A stretch of DNA of 56,877 bases from Acetobacteraceae bacterium (GCA_035503055.1 DATJTV010000072.1:1-56877); one strand, 5' to 3'; counted from the stretch's first letter, positions 1 to 8,714 are shown. Made by a program: numbers and translations. The notes: generated from the letters alone by a model not told the origin.

Positions 1-2
1 CC

Positions 3-122
3 GCCATGATCGCCGCCGGCAAACCCCCTAAGCTCGCCATCACGGCTCTCATGCGCAGGCTCGTCATCCTCGCCAACGCCCTCCTGCGCGACGATCGCAC
101 CTGGACCAAAATCCCCGCTTGA
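3..122 (+). mobile_element. IS110-family (DEDD) transposase, C-terminal 39 codons; the rest lies left of the window
   Basis: Frame 3 reads AMIAAGKPPKLAITALMRRLVILANALLRDDRTWTKIPA*, stop TGA at 120-122. The GKPxK(V/L)A..A(L/V)MR(K/R)L..LANALL...R.W tail is typical of IS110-family transposases. Confidence 0.65.
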
Positions 123-134
123 TCACAACGGATA

Positions 135-266
135 CTCTAGGTCGTTGTTTTCCCGCGCGATTCGCGCCTTCGGTTACACCACCTTCGGCGATCGCGCTCT
201 AGGCCTTTGTTTTTCCCGCGCGATTCACGCCTTCGGTTACACCACCTTCGGCGGTCGCGCTCTAGG
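135..266. repeat. Tandem 62/63-bp repeat: units 135-196 and 197-259 plus the first 7 bp (CTCTAGG) of a third
   Basis: Hand alignment of the two units gives 4 mismatches and 1 indel. It starts 13 nt after the IS110 stop codon. The partial third unit contains the stop codon of the permease gene (262-264). An inverted copy lies at 50520-50587. Confidence 0.9.
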
Positions 267-1263
267 CGCGGGTGCCGCTCAGCAGCCGCTCGATCAGCAC
301 CGCGGCGATGATGATCGAGCCGATCGCGGTGCCCTGCCAGTAGGGCGAGACGTTGAGAAGGTTCAGCCCGTTGCGGATGAACACCATGATGAAGACGCCG
401 AAGAGCGTGCCGATGATGGAGCCGCGCCCGCCGAAGAGGCTGGCGCCGCCGATCACCACGGCGGCGATCGCGTCGAGCTCGAGGCCCTGACCGCCGATCG
501 GATCGATCGAGAGGATGCGCGAGGCGAGGAAGATGGCGGCGACCGCGCTCATCAGCCCCGAGATCACGTAAGCGAGGATGCCCCAGCGGACGATCGAGAG
601 GCCGGCGACGCGCGCGGCCTCGAGGTTGGAGCCCATCGCGTAGAGCGTGCGGCCGCCCTTGGCATAGGTGAGGAACCACCAGCAGATCGCGTAGGCGAGG
701 ATCAGGCAGCAGAAATCGACCGGCACGCCGGCAATCGAATCCGCCGAGAGCTGGCCCAAGCCGGCGGGAAGGCTGCCGATCGAGTTGGCGCCGCTCAGCA
801 CATAAGCGAGGCTTCGCCCGACCGACATCATGCCGAGCGTGACGACGAAGGGCGCGACGCGGCCGAAGGTGATGATCGCTCCGTTCACCAGCCCGGCGAA
901 CGCGCCGGCGGCAAGGCAGAGCACGATGCCGCCATAGAGCCCGAAATGGGGAAAGGAAAGGCCGAGGATGATCCCGGTGACGCCGGCGAGCGAGCCCACC
1001 GACAGATCGATCCCGCCGATCAGGATCACCAGCGTCTGCCCGAGCGCGACCATGCCGGCGACGACCGACTGGTCCATCATGTTGAGCAGGTTGTTGATGG
1101 TGAGAAAGTAGGGCGAGATCGCCGAGAGGGCGGCGATCACGACCGCGATGACGAGCAGCATGCGGAGCTCGATCTGGGTCGCGAGCAGCCGCCAGAGGCT
1201 GCGCCTTGCATCCGGCCGCGCGGCGGCGGCTCCGGCCTCGAGGTTGCGTCCGGCGCCGCTCAT
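262..1263 (-). CDS. Sugar ABC transporter permease (RbsC/CUT2 type)
   Basis: 333-aa ORF, multi-TM, with motif GGIDLSVGS typical of ribose-type permeases. Its start overlaps the upstream ATPase stop (ATGA, 1260-1263). Confidence 0.9.
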   Translation of the reverse strand: MSGAGRNLEAGAAAARPDARRSLWRLLATQIELRMLLVIAVVIAALSAISPYFLTINNLLNMMDQSVVAGMVALGQTLVILIGGIDLSVGSLAGVTGIILGLSFPHFGLYGGIVLCLAAGAFAGLVNGAIITFGRVAPFVVTLGMMSVGRSLAYVLSGANSIGSLPAGLGQLSADSIAGVPVDFCCLILAYAICWWFLTYAKGGRTLYAMGSNLEAARVAGLSIVRWGILAYVISGLMSAVAAIFLASRILSIDPIGGQGLELDAIAAVVIGGASLFGGRGSIIGTLFGVFIMVFIRNGLNLLNVSPYWQGTAIGSIIIAAVLIERLLSGTRA

Positions 1264-3173
1264 GCCGAAAGCCCAACCCGGGCGGGCGCGGGTGCGGGCG
1301 CGGGCGATTCGCTGAGCGCGCCGGCGATCGCGGCGCGCACGGCGGCGGCGTCGAAGCCGGGTGCCGGGCGCGGCAGGGTGAGCCCGACGATGCCGAAGCT
1401 GTGGCCGCGCTGGCCGTGGATCGGAACGAGGAGCGTCGGCCGCGCGCCGGAGGGCGCCGCGAGCAGGCCGCCGGCCGGCGAATTCACCGCGTGGACGATG
1501 TTCGTCTCGGCGAGCCTCGGAAAGCCGCCGGCGACGAAGCCCGGGTCCGCGGCCGGATCGGTCCCGACACGATCGAAGCAGAAGACGCGCTCGCCCTCGA
1601 CGACGATCCAGTAGGCGATGCCGCCGTGGCGCGCGACGAGCTGCTCGAGCACGGTGTGGGTGCGCTCGGCCGAGGTGCGCGGGGCGGCGAACATGCCGAG
1701 CTTCTCGATATCGACGAGGTCGCTCGGCAGCTCGGTGACGTTGACGCCGTCGCTCAGCACGGTGATGCGATCCGCAAGGCCGATCAGCTCCTCGAAGTCC
1801 GACGATACGACAACGCAGGCGACGCCTTCGGCCGTGACGCGGCGGAGCAGCGCGTAGATGCTGCTCCTGGTGCCGATATCGACGCCGCGCGTGGGCTCGT
1901 CGAGCAGAAGCAGGCGCGGGGCGAGCACCAGCCAGCGCGCGAGCAGCACCTTCTGCTGCATGCCGCCGCTGAAGGTGAGCATGTTGGCATCGAGCAGGCG
2001 GCGCTCCGGCAGATCGAGCACGCCGAGCAGCGCGCGGATGGCGTCCGTGCGCGTGGCGTAGCCGAGCCCGAAGCCGACATGGGCGCCGAGATGGGCAAGC
2101 AGGAGGTTCTCGCGGACCGAGAAATCGGGGACGATGCCCTGGTTGCGGCGGTCCTCCGGGATGAGGCCGATACCGGCGCGGATCGCCTCGCGCGGCGTGT
2201 GGGCGAGGAAGGGCTTGCCGTCGAGCTCGACGGTGCCGGAGCGGGCGCGGCGCAGGCCGAAGATGGTCTCGAGCGTCTCGGAGCGGCCGGCGCCGACGAG
2301 CCCGGCGAGGCCGAGGATCTCGCCGTCATGCACCTCGAAAGAGACGTCGCGGGCGAGCGGCGGACAGCAGAGGTTGCGCACGCGCAGCACCGGCGTGCTG
2401 CCCTGGGGGATGGCGCGGCGCGTTTCGGTGCGCTCGTAGATGTTCTGCAGCTCCTGGCCGACCATCAGCCGCACCAGCTCGCCCTGGCGCAGCCCGGCCG
2501 TTGCCAGGCCGGCTTCGACCACCCTGCCCTCGCGCAGCACGGTGACGCGATCGGCGATGGTGAAGATCTCTTCGAGCCGGTGGGAGACGAAGATCAGCCC
2601 GCGCCCGCGCGCGACGAGGCCGCGCATGATCGCGAACAGCCGCTCGCTCTCGTGCGGCGAAAGCGGCGCCGTGGGCTCGTCGAAGATGATGATGCGGCTG
2701 TCGAGCGCGAGCGCCTTGAGGATCTCGACGAGCTGGCGCTGGCCGATGCTGAGCGCGCCCACCTGCGTGTCGAGGTCGAGGCCGGCTTCCTGGCCGAGCT
2801 CGTCGATCAGTGCCCGGCCATGCGCCCGCATCGCCCGCCAGCGCAGCCGGCCGGGCATGGCGATGCGCGGGAGCATGATGTTCTCGAGGACCGAGAGATC
2901 GGGCGCGAGCGAGGTTTCCTGCGTCACCATCGCAATGCCGGCGCGGATCGCCTCGCGCGAGCCGGCATGGCGGATCGGGACGTCGTCGAGGCGGATCTCG
3001 CCCTGATCGGGGCGGATATGACCCGAGACGATACGCGAGAGGGTGGATTTGCCGGCGCCGTTCGCGCCGACCAGCGCATGGACCTCGCTCGCGCGGAGCT
3101 CGAACGCGACGCCGGCCAGGGCCTGCGTCGCGCCGAACCGCTTCCAGATATTCTCGAGAGCGAGGAGGCCCAT
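1260..3173 (-). CDS. Sugar ABC transporter ATP-binding protein (RbsA-like, duplicated NBD) with extra ~135-aa C-terminal domain
   Basis: NBD1 has GANGAGKST / LSIGQRQ / IIIFDEPT. NBD2 has GLVGAGRSE / FSGGMQQK / LLLLDEPTRGVD. The protein is 637 aa, versus roughly 500 aa for RbsA-like ATPases as I recall them. Confidence 0.9.
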   Translation of the reverse strand: MGLLALENIWKRFGATQALAGVAFELRASEVHALVGANGAGKSTLSRIVSGHIRPDQGEIRLDDVPIRHAGSREAIRAGIAMVTQETSLAPDLSVLENIMLPRIAMPGRLRWRAMRAHGRALIDELGQEAGLDLDTQVGALSIGQRQLVEILKALALDSRIIIFDEPTAPLSPHESERLFAIMRGLVARGRGLIFVSHRLEEIFTIADRVTVLREGRVVEAGLATAGLRQGELVRLMVGQELQNIYERTETRRAIPQGSTPVLRVRNLCCPPLARDVSFEVHDGEILGLAGLVGAGRSETLETIFGLRRARSGTVELDGKPFLAHTPREAIRAGIGLIPEDRRNQGIVPDFSVRENLLLAHLGAHVGFGLGYATRTDAIRALLGVLDLPERRLLDANMLTFSGGMQQKVLLARWLVLAPRLLLLDEPTRGVDIGTRSSIYALLRRVTAEGVACVVVSSDFEELIGLADRITVLSDGVNVTELPSDLVDIEKLGMFAAPRTSAERTHTVLEQLVARHGGIAYWIVVEGERVFCFDRVGTDPAADPGFVAGGFPRLAETNIVHAVNSPAGGLLAAPSGARPTLLVPIHGQRGHSFGIVGLTLPRPAPGFDAAAVRAAIAGALSESPAPAPAPARVGLSA

Positions 3174-3204
3174 CCGCCGCAGGCGCGCCCCGGTCCGGCC
3201 CCGG

Positions 3205-4194
3205 TCAGCTCAGGCCGAAGGTGGTCTTGCGGACGATCGGCGCCATCTGCTTCACGTTCTCCTGATCGACGACGATGATCGGGACGAGGATGCGCTTCGG
3301 CGGCGTCTGGCCGGCGAAATGCCGGAACATCGCCTGGGCGGAGTCCTGCCCGAAGAGATAGGGCTGCTGCATGCCGGAGGCCACGATCTGCCCGCTCTCG
3401 ATCAGCGTGATGAACTCCGGGATGCCGTCGAACGCCGCCAGCAGCACGTCGTTCTCGCGCCGCGCCGCCTTGAGCGCGCGCAGCGCGCCGATCGAGGGCT
3501 GATCGGTCTCGATGAAGAGGCCGCGCATGTCGGGATGCGCGGTCAGCATGTCCTGAACGAACTTGAAGGTCTCGTCGGCCGTGTAGGTCTGCATCTGCGA
3601 AAGGCCCGCCTGCTTGATTCCGGCCTCGGTCATCGCCTTCATGAAGCCGGCCGTGCGGTCCTTGCCGTTCTGGCGGGCGAGCGAGATCGTCACCAGGCCG
3701 ACCGTGCCGTGGCCCCAGCCTTTTGCGAGCATCTTCTGCGCCAGAACCTTGCCAGTCTCGTAGGCGCCCTTGTAGTTGTCGGAGATCACGAAGGTGAGGT
3801 ACTCGCCGCTGGTGGTGCCGATATCGGCGATAACGACGGGGATGTTGGCGCGCTTGGCGGCGGCGAGGACCGAGGGCGCGGTGGAGCTGTCGGTCGGCGA
3901 GAGGATGATGCCGTCCACGCGCTTGGCGATCGCATCCTCCGTATTCTGGATCTGCGTCTGCGCCGAGTTGTGGCTGTCATAGGTGGTCGAGCTCGCGCCC
4001 TGCGCCTTCGCCGTGTCCTCGATGCCCTGGGCGAGCGTGCGCCAATAGGGGAGATCGAGCCCCGGGGTGATGTAGGCGAGACGCTTGCCCGCGGCGAAGG
4101 CGAAGCGCGGCGCGAGGCCCGCGGCGAGGGCGGCCGCGCCGGCCATGCGGCCGAGGCTGCGGCGGGTGAAGGTCTTGCTGTTCACATGGATCAT
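3205..4194 (-). CDS. Sugar ABC transporter periplasmic substrate-binding protein (PBP1/ribose-binding type)
   Basis: Start moved to ATG 4194 (MIHVNSKTFTRRSLGRMAGAAALAAG.. signal peptide), preceded by GGAGGA. The upstream part of the 431-aa ORF is R/P-rich off-target read-through. Confidence 0.85.
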   Translation of the reverse strand: MIHVNSKTFTRRSLGRMAGAAALAAGLAPRFAFAAGKRLAYITPGLDLPYWRTLAQGIEDTAKAQGASSTTYDSHNSAQTQIQNTEDAIAKRVDGIILSPTDSSTAPSVLAAAKRANIPVVIADIGTTSGEYLTFVISDNYKGAYETGKVLAQKMLAKGWGHGTVGLVTISLARQNGKDRTAGFMKAMTEAGIKQAGLSQMQTYTADETFKFVQDMLTAHPDMRGLFIETDQPSIGALRALKAARRENDVLLAAFDGIPEFITLIESGQIVASGMQQPYLFGQDSAQAMFRHFAGQTPPKRILVPIIVVDQENVKQMAPIVRKTTFGLS

Positions 4195-4247
4195 GATTTC
4201 CTCCGGGGTTTGTACTTTGCGCTCGCGCGCGGCGGACGGGCTTGAGC

Positions 4248-5033
4248 TCAGACGGGTTGGGCGGCTTGGTTCCGTTCTGCTTTCAGAATGGATAGGGTCG
4301 TCGTGTAGATGCGCTCGAGATGCACGGTGAAGGCGGCGACCACGGCATCCGGGTCGTGGGCGCCGAGAGCGGCGACGATGCGCCGATGGTCGTCGTAGCT
4401 GCTGCGGATGGCGCCGGGCCGGGAGACGGCCTTGCGGCGATGCTCCATCATGTAGGTGTAGAGATCGCCCACGAAGTCGGCCAGCGCGCGATTGCCGCAC
4501 GCGCGGTAGATCGTGAAATGAAAGGCGCGGTCGCAGATCAGGAAGCGGACCGGGTCGGTCATCGCCGCGTGCTGAGCGGCGAGCGAGTCCGCGAGGCGAT
4601 CGAGCGCCGGCGCGTCGATGCGGGCGGCGGCGGCGGCAACCACGCGGCGCTCGACGAGGAGGCGCGCTTCGTGGACCGCCTCGATATCGTAGCTATTGAC
4701 GCGCTTGGGTTCGCGCAGCCCGGTGGCGACGGCGCCGACATCGGCGCTGATCACCCGCGTCCGCGCGCCATGGATGACCTCGATGATGCCGTGAGTGGCG
4801 AGGATCTGCATGCCGCCGCGCACCGTTTCGCGGCTGACCTGCAGGGCCGCGGCGAGGTCGCGCTCGCCCGGCAGGAGGTCGCCCGCCTGCAGCACGCCGT
4901 CGGCGATGAGGGCGGCGAGCGTGTCGGCGACGATGCCGCGCACGTTGCGCCGCACCACGCTCTCGCGCAGCTCCGGAATGTGTTCGAGCACGGGGGACGC
5001 ACCCGGGACGGACATGGGCAGGGCGGGCGGCAT
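4248..5033 (-). CDS. GntR-family (FadR/FCD-type) transcriptional regulator, first gene of the SBP-ATPase-permease operon
   Basis: N-terminal winged HTH (LPGERDLAAALQVSRETVRGGMQIL) plus a helical C-terminal domain. The start could be ATG 5033 or Met7 at 5015. Confidence 0.85.
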   Translation of the reverse strand: MPPALPMSVPGASPVLEHIPELRESVVRRNVRGIVADTLAALIADGVLQAGDLLPGERDLAAALQVSRETVRGGMQILATHGIIEVIHGARTRVISADVGAVATGLREPKRVNSYDIEAVHEARLLVERRVVAAAAARIDAPALDRLADSLAAQHAAMTDPVRFLICDRAFHFTIYRACGNRALADFVGDLYTYMMEHRRKAVSRPGAIRSSYDDHRRIVAALGAHDPDAVVAAFTVHLERIYTTTLSILKAERNQAAQPV

Positions 5034-5037
5034 CTGA

Positions 5038-5058
5038 TCTGCTGGACCATCCAGCAGA
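5038..5058. promoter_or_regulatory. Perfect 9-3-9 inverted repeat TCTGCTGGA-CCA-TCCAGCAGA, candidate GntR operator
   Basis: Read directly from the sequence. It lies immediately upstream of the GntR start, inside the divergent GntR/SorC intergenic region. Confidence 0.45.
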
Positions 5059-5156
5059 CCACCGCATTCATGCGCGGGCCCGGAATCGTGTCAAGGGCGG
5101 GAAGAGCGTGATGCGCAGCGCGCGGCGCGGCCGACCTCGGCCGTCTGCGTGGGGGG

Positions 5157-5185
5157 TTGACATGCGTCCGCGGGTGAAAAAAAAT
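5157..5185 (+). promoter_or_regulatory. Candidate sigma70-type promoter TTGACA-N17-AAAAAT for the SorC-regulator operon
   Basis: Perfect -35 hexamer, 17-nt spacer and an A/T-rich -10. It lies in the only AT-rich patch of this intergenic region, about 25 nt before ATG 5212. Confidence 0.3.
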
Positions 5186-5211
5186 GCAGTCGATAAAAAA
5201 TTTTTCAATGA

Positions 5212-6222
5212 GTGAAGATGCCCGAGGGAGAACGCCCAGCCATCGACGAGGAAGCCGTGCTCGCGGCGCGGGCGGCGTGGCTCTACTACGCCGGCTCCCT
5301 GACCCAGTCCGAGATCGCGCGGCGGCTCGAGATCACGCTCGCCAAGGCGCACCGCCTGATCGCCCGCGCCGCCCGCGAGGGCCTGGTGCGCGTCTTCGTC
5401 GAAGGCCCCTCGGCCGGCTGCATCGCGCTCGAGGACCGGCTCTCGGAGCGGCACGGGCTGCGCTTCTGCCGTGTCGTTCCCGACCTCGGCGAGAAGGGGC
5501 TTCCGCTGCAGGCGCTCGGCCGGGCGGCGGCTTCGTTCCTCCAATCCGTGCTCGAGCGCGGCGAGCACCGCGTCATCGGCGTCGGCCACGGCCGCACGCT
5601 CGCGGCGATGGTCGACAACCTGCCGCGCGGGACCCACGGGGCGGTCTGCTTCGTCTCGCTGCTCGGCGGCCTGCCGCGGCGGACCAGCGCCAACCCGTTC
5701 GACGTGATCCATCGGCTCGCGGAGAGGACGGCGGCCGCCGCCTATCTGCTGCCGGTGCCGTTCTTCGCCGACGTCGCCGCCGACCGCGAAGTGCTGGCGC
5801 GCCAGCGCGGGGTCGCGGAGGCGCTCGCGCTTGCCGCCCAGGCCTCCCTGTTCCTGGTGGGGATCGGCGAGGTCGCGGGCGATGCCTTGCTGCCGGCCAG
5901 CGGGATCATCTCCGGGGCCGAGGCGGACGCGGTCCTGCGCGCGGGCGGGGTGGGCGAGGTCCTCGGCCGCTTCCTCGACCGCGAGGGCAAGGAGGTCGCG
6001 ACCGAGCTGCACGGGCGCGTCATCGCGCTGGCGCCGGCGGCGATGGCGGGCCGCGAGGTGGTCGCGGTCGCCGGCGGGCCGCGGAAGACGGAGGCCATCC
6101 GCGCGGTCCTGGCAAGCGGCCTTGTCACCGCATTGATTACCGACGAGCGAACGGCGCGGCGCCTCGTCGGGTCACTTCCCTGCCGCGCGGCAACGATCGG
6201 GAGAGGAACGGACGATGAGTGA
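5212..6222 (+). CDS. SorC/DeoR-family sugar-binding transcriptional regulator (EryD/SorC-like)
   Basis: N-terminal HTH (AAWLYYAGSLTQSEIARRLEITLAKAHRLI) plus a sugar-phosphate-binding SorC domain; 336 aa. Confidence 0.85.
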   Translation: MKMPEGERPAIDEEAVLAARAAWLYYAGSLTQSEIARRLEITLAKAHRLIARAAREGLVRVFVEGPSAGCIALEDRLSERHGLRFCRVVPDLGEKGLPLQALGRAAASFLQSVLERGEHRVIGVGHGRTLAAMVDNLPRGTHGAVCFVSLLGGLPRRTSANPFDVIHRLAERTAAAAYLLPVPFFADVAADREVLARQRGVAEALALAAQASLFLVGIGEVAGDALLPASGIISGAEADAVLRAGGVGEVLGRFLDREGKEVATELHGRVIALAPAAMAGREVVAVAGGPRKTEAIRAVLASGLVTALITDERTARRLVGSLPCRAATIGRGTDDE

Positions 6223-7654
6223 CAAAGCGAAGGACCTCTGTGAGCAGCGAGTCGCGGGAAGGATCGGCCGGCGCGAGTTCGCAAGGTGGATCGCCGCTCT
6301 CGGGATCGGCGCGGCGGCCGCCGACGGGCTGCTCCAGGCGAGCACCACGCGCGCCATGGCCGCCGGGTTCGACTGGAAGCAGCAGCAGGGCAAGACGGTG
6401 CGCTTCCTGTTCGACAAGCATCCTTATGCGAACGCGATGATTGCGGACCTTGCCCAGTTCAAGGATTTGACCGGCATCAACGTCGAATACGACATCATTC
6501 CCGAGGACGTGTATTTCCAGAAGGTGACGTCCGCCCTGTCCTCCCGCAGCCGCCGCTATGACGGCTTCATGACCGGCGCCTACCAGACCTGGCAATATGG
6601 CCCGGCCGAGTGGATCGAGGACATGAAGTCCTTCATCGAGGATCCTACGAAGACCTCGCCCGATTACGACTGGCAGGACATCATCGCCAATCTCCGGACG
6701 TCCGACGCCTGGTCCGGCGTCCCGGGCGAGGCGCTGGGGACGAAGGACGCCAAGCAATGGGCGATCCCGCTCGCCTTCGAGCTCTACAATGTCAGCTACA
6801 ACAAGCGCATCTTCGACAAATTGAAGCTCGAGCCGCCGAAGAACCTGCCGGACATGATCGAGGTCGCGAGCAAGATCAGCAGGGACGCAGGCAACGGGAT
6901 CTACGGCGTCTCGGTGCGCGGCAGCCGCTCATGGGCGACCATCCACCCGGGCTACCTCTCCTCCTATGCGAATTACGGCGCGCGCGACTTCGAGATGAAG
7001 GGCGGCAAGCTCAACTCCGCCGTCAATTCGGCGGTATCGAAGGAGATGAACAAGCTCTGGGTCGAGATGATCCAGAAGGCCGGGCCGCCGAACTGGTCGA
7101 CCTACACCTGGTACGAGGTTGCGCAGGACCTCTGCTCCGGTCACTGCGGCATGATCTACGATGCGAACATCATCGGCTTCTTCGAGAACAGCCCCGGGAC
7201 CACGGAGGCGGGGCATATCGGGTTCGCCGGCTTCGTCCCCGACCCAAAAATGTCGCATCCGACCTCGAATGTGTGGATCTGGTCGCTGGCGATGAGCAAA
7301 TTCTCCGACAACAAGGACGCGGCCTGGCTCTTCATCCAGTGGGCGACGGGCAAGCGGTTCGGGATCTTCGGCGGCGTGAAGCAGGAGCTGGTCGATGCGG
7401 TCCGGACGACGACCTGGAGCGACCCGGGCTTCAAGGCGCGGCTGGCCAAGAGCTATCCGGGCTTCTACGAGGCGTTCGAGGCGAGCCTGCCGGACGCCAG
7501 GATCTACTTCACGCCGCAGCCGCTGTTCTTCAACGTCACCACCGAATGGGCGGCGAGCTTGCAGGAGATGGTCGCCAAGCAGGTGACGGTGGATGACGGG
7601 CTGGACCGGCTCGCCGCGAACATCGACCGGCAGATGAGGAGCGCGGGCATCTGA
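6215..7654 (+). CDS. ABC transporter substrate-binding protein (family 1/CUT1), Tat signal
   Basis: Twin-arginine motif GRREFARWIAALGIGAAAA; 479 aa of SBP_bac_1-like sequence; 8-nt overlap with the regulator gene. Confidence 0.85.
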   Translation: MSDKAKDLCEQRVAGRIGRREFARWIAALGIGAAAADGLLQASTTRAMAAGFDWKQQQGKTVRFLFDKHPYANAMIADLAQFKDLTGINVEYDIIPEDVYFQKVTSALSSRSRRYDGFMTGAYQTWQYGPAEWIEDMKSFIEDPTKTSPDYDWQDIIANLRTSDAWSGVPGEALGTKDAKQWAIPLAFELYNVSYNKRIFDKLKLEPPKNLPDMIEVASKISRDAGNGIYGVSVRGSRSWATIHPGYLSSYANYGARDFEMKGGKLNSAVNSAVSKEMNKLWVEMIQKAGPPNWSTYTWYEVAQDLCSGHCGMIYDANIIGFFENSPGTTEAGHIGFAGFVPDPKMSHPTSNVWIWSLAMSKFSDNKDAAWLFIQWATGKRFGIFGGVKQELVDAVRTTTWSDPGFKARLAKSYPGFYEAFEASLPDARIYFTPQPLFFNVTTEWAASLQEMVAKQVTVDDGLDRLAANIDRQMRSAGI

Positions 7655-7685
7655 GATGCCGGCGTTGCGTCATCTTCGTTGCGTT

Positions 7686-7719
7686 CCCGCCGGCGGAGGG
7701 ACAATTTCCCGCCGGCGGG
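7686..7719 (+). other. Intercistronic stem-loop (11-bp GC stem CCCGCCGGCGG / CCGCCGGCGGG, 12-nt loop) after the SBP gene
   Basis: Read directly. Its position after an SBP gene fits the common mRNA-stabilising or attenuating hairpin that raises the SBP:permease ratio. Confidence 0.5.
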
Positions 7720-7729
7720 GTCTCCCCCC

Positions 7730-7770
7730 GGGATCCGATGACGGGGATCCGATGACGGGGATCCGATGAT
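7730..7770. repeat. Three tandem copies of a 13/14-bp unit (G)GGGATCCGATGA(C/T)
   Basis: Read directly: GGGATCCGATGAC GGGGATCCGATGAC GGGGATCCGATGAT. It lies between the hairpin and the permease start (7784). Confidence 0.9.
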
Positions 7771-7783
7771 GAAGATCTGAGCC

Positions 7784-8713
7784 ATGAACGACGCCGTCGC
7801 AACCGCCGGGAAGCTGGCGCCGGAGACCTTCCGGGCGCCGCGCAACCGGCTGCCCTACCTCCTCAGCCTGCCCGCCCTCTTCGTCTGCATCTGGATCCTG
7901 GTGCCGTTCTTCACGGCCGTGTGGTACAGCCTCGAGCACTACAACATGTCGTTCCCGGCGGGCCGGAGCTTCGCCTGGTTCGCCAACTACATCGATCTTT
8001 TTACCGATCCTGCCTTCTGGCACACGGTCGCGGTCTCGCTGATCTATGTCGGCGGGAGCGTGGCGTTCGAGCTGATGCTCGGGCTCGGGATCGCCATGCT
8101 GCTCCGCGAGCGGACACTGATCAACAACGCGATCGCGGTCGCACTCCTGCTGCCTTTGATGGTGGCGCCCGTCATCGCCTCGCTGATCTGGAAGCTGATG
8201 ACGAACCCGGATTTCGGCGTCTATGCCTGGATGGCGAGCGAGCTTGGATTCCGCCATTTTCGCTGGGCATCGGACCCGAGCACGGCCATGTTCACGGTCG
8301 TGCTGATCGATATCTGGGTCAACACGCCCTTCATCATGATCCTGCTGCTCGCCGGGCTGCGCAGCCTGCCTTCGCAACCCTTCGAGGCGGCCGCGCTCGA
8401 CGACGTGCCCGGCTACCTCGTCTTCTGGCGCATCACCCTGCCGATGCTGATGCCCTACATCCTGACCGCGACGTTGTTCCGGATGCTGCTCGCACTTCAG
8501 GAATTCGCGATCGTCTATGGGATGACGCAGGGCGGGCCGGGAAACGCGCTGATGGTGTTCCAGGTCGACGCCTACAACGAATTCTACCAGAACATGAATG
8601 TCGGCCGCTCGGCGGCGGTCCTCGTCATCCTGTGGGCGATCACCTTCGTGCTCTCGAAGCTGTTCGTGAACCAATGGTATCGCCTGCGGGCGAGAAATCG
8701 CGGGGAGATCTGA
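7784..8713 (+). CDS. CUT1 sugar ABC transporter permease (MalF/UgpA-like)
   Basis: 309 aa, 6 TM-like segments, EAA-loop region (EAAALDDVPGYLVFWRITLP). Confidence 0.9.
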   Translation: MNDAVATAGKLAPETFRAPRNRLPYLLSLPALFVCIWILVPFFTAVWYSLEHYNMSFPAGRSFAWFANYIDLFTDPAFWHTVAVSLIYVGGSVAFELMLGLGIAMLLRERTLINNAIAVALLLPLMVAPVIASLIWKLMTNPDFGVYAWMASELGFRHFRWASDPSTAMFTVVLIDIWVNTPFIMILLLAGLRSLPSQPFEAAALDDVPGYLVFWRITLPMLMPYILTATLFRMLLALQEFAIVYGMTQGGPGNALMVFQVDAYNEFYQNMNVGRSAAVLVILWAITFVLSKLFVNQWYRLRARNRGEI

Positions 8714-8714
8714 A

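Noticed and set aside
135-266. The tandem 62-bp repeat as a CRISPR array or an RNA gene.
   Set aside because: The units are directly contiguous with no spacers, only 2.1 copies are present and there are no cas genes in the window. I could not fit a tRNA-like cloverleaf or a stable hairpin within the unit.
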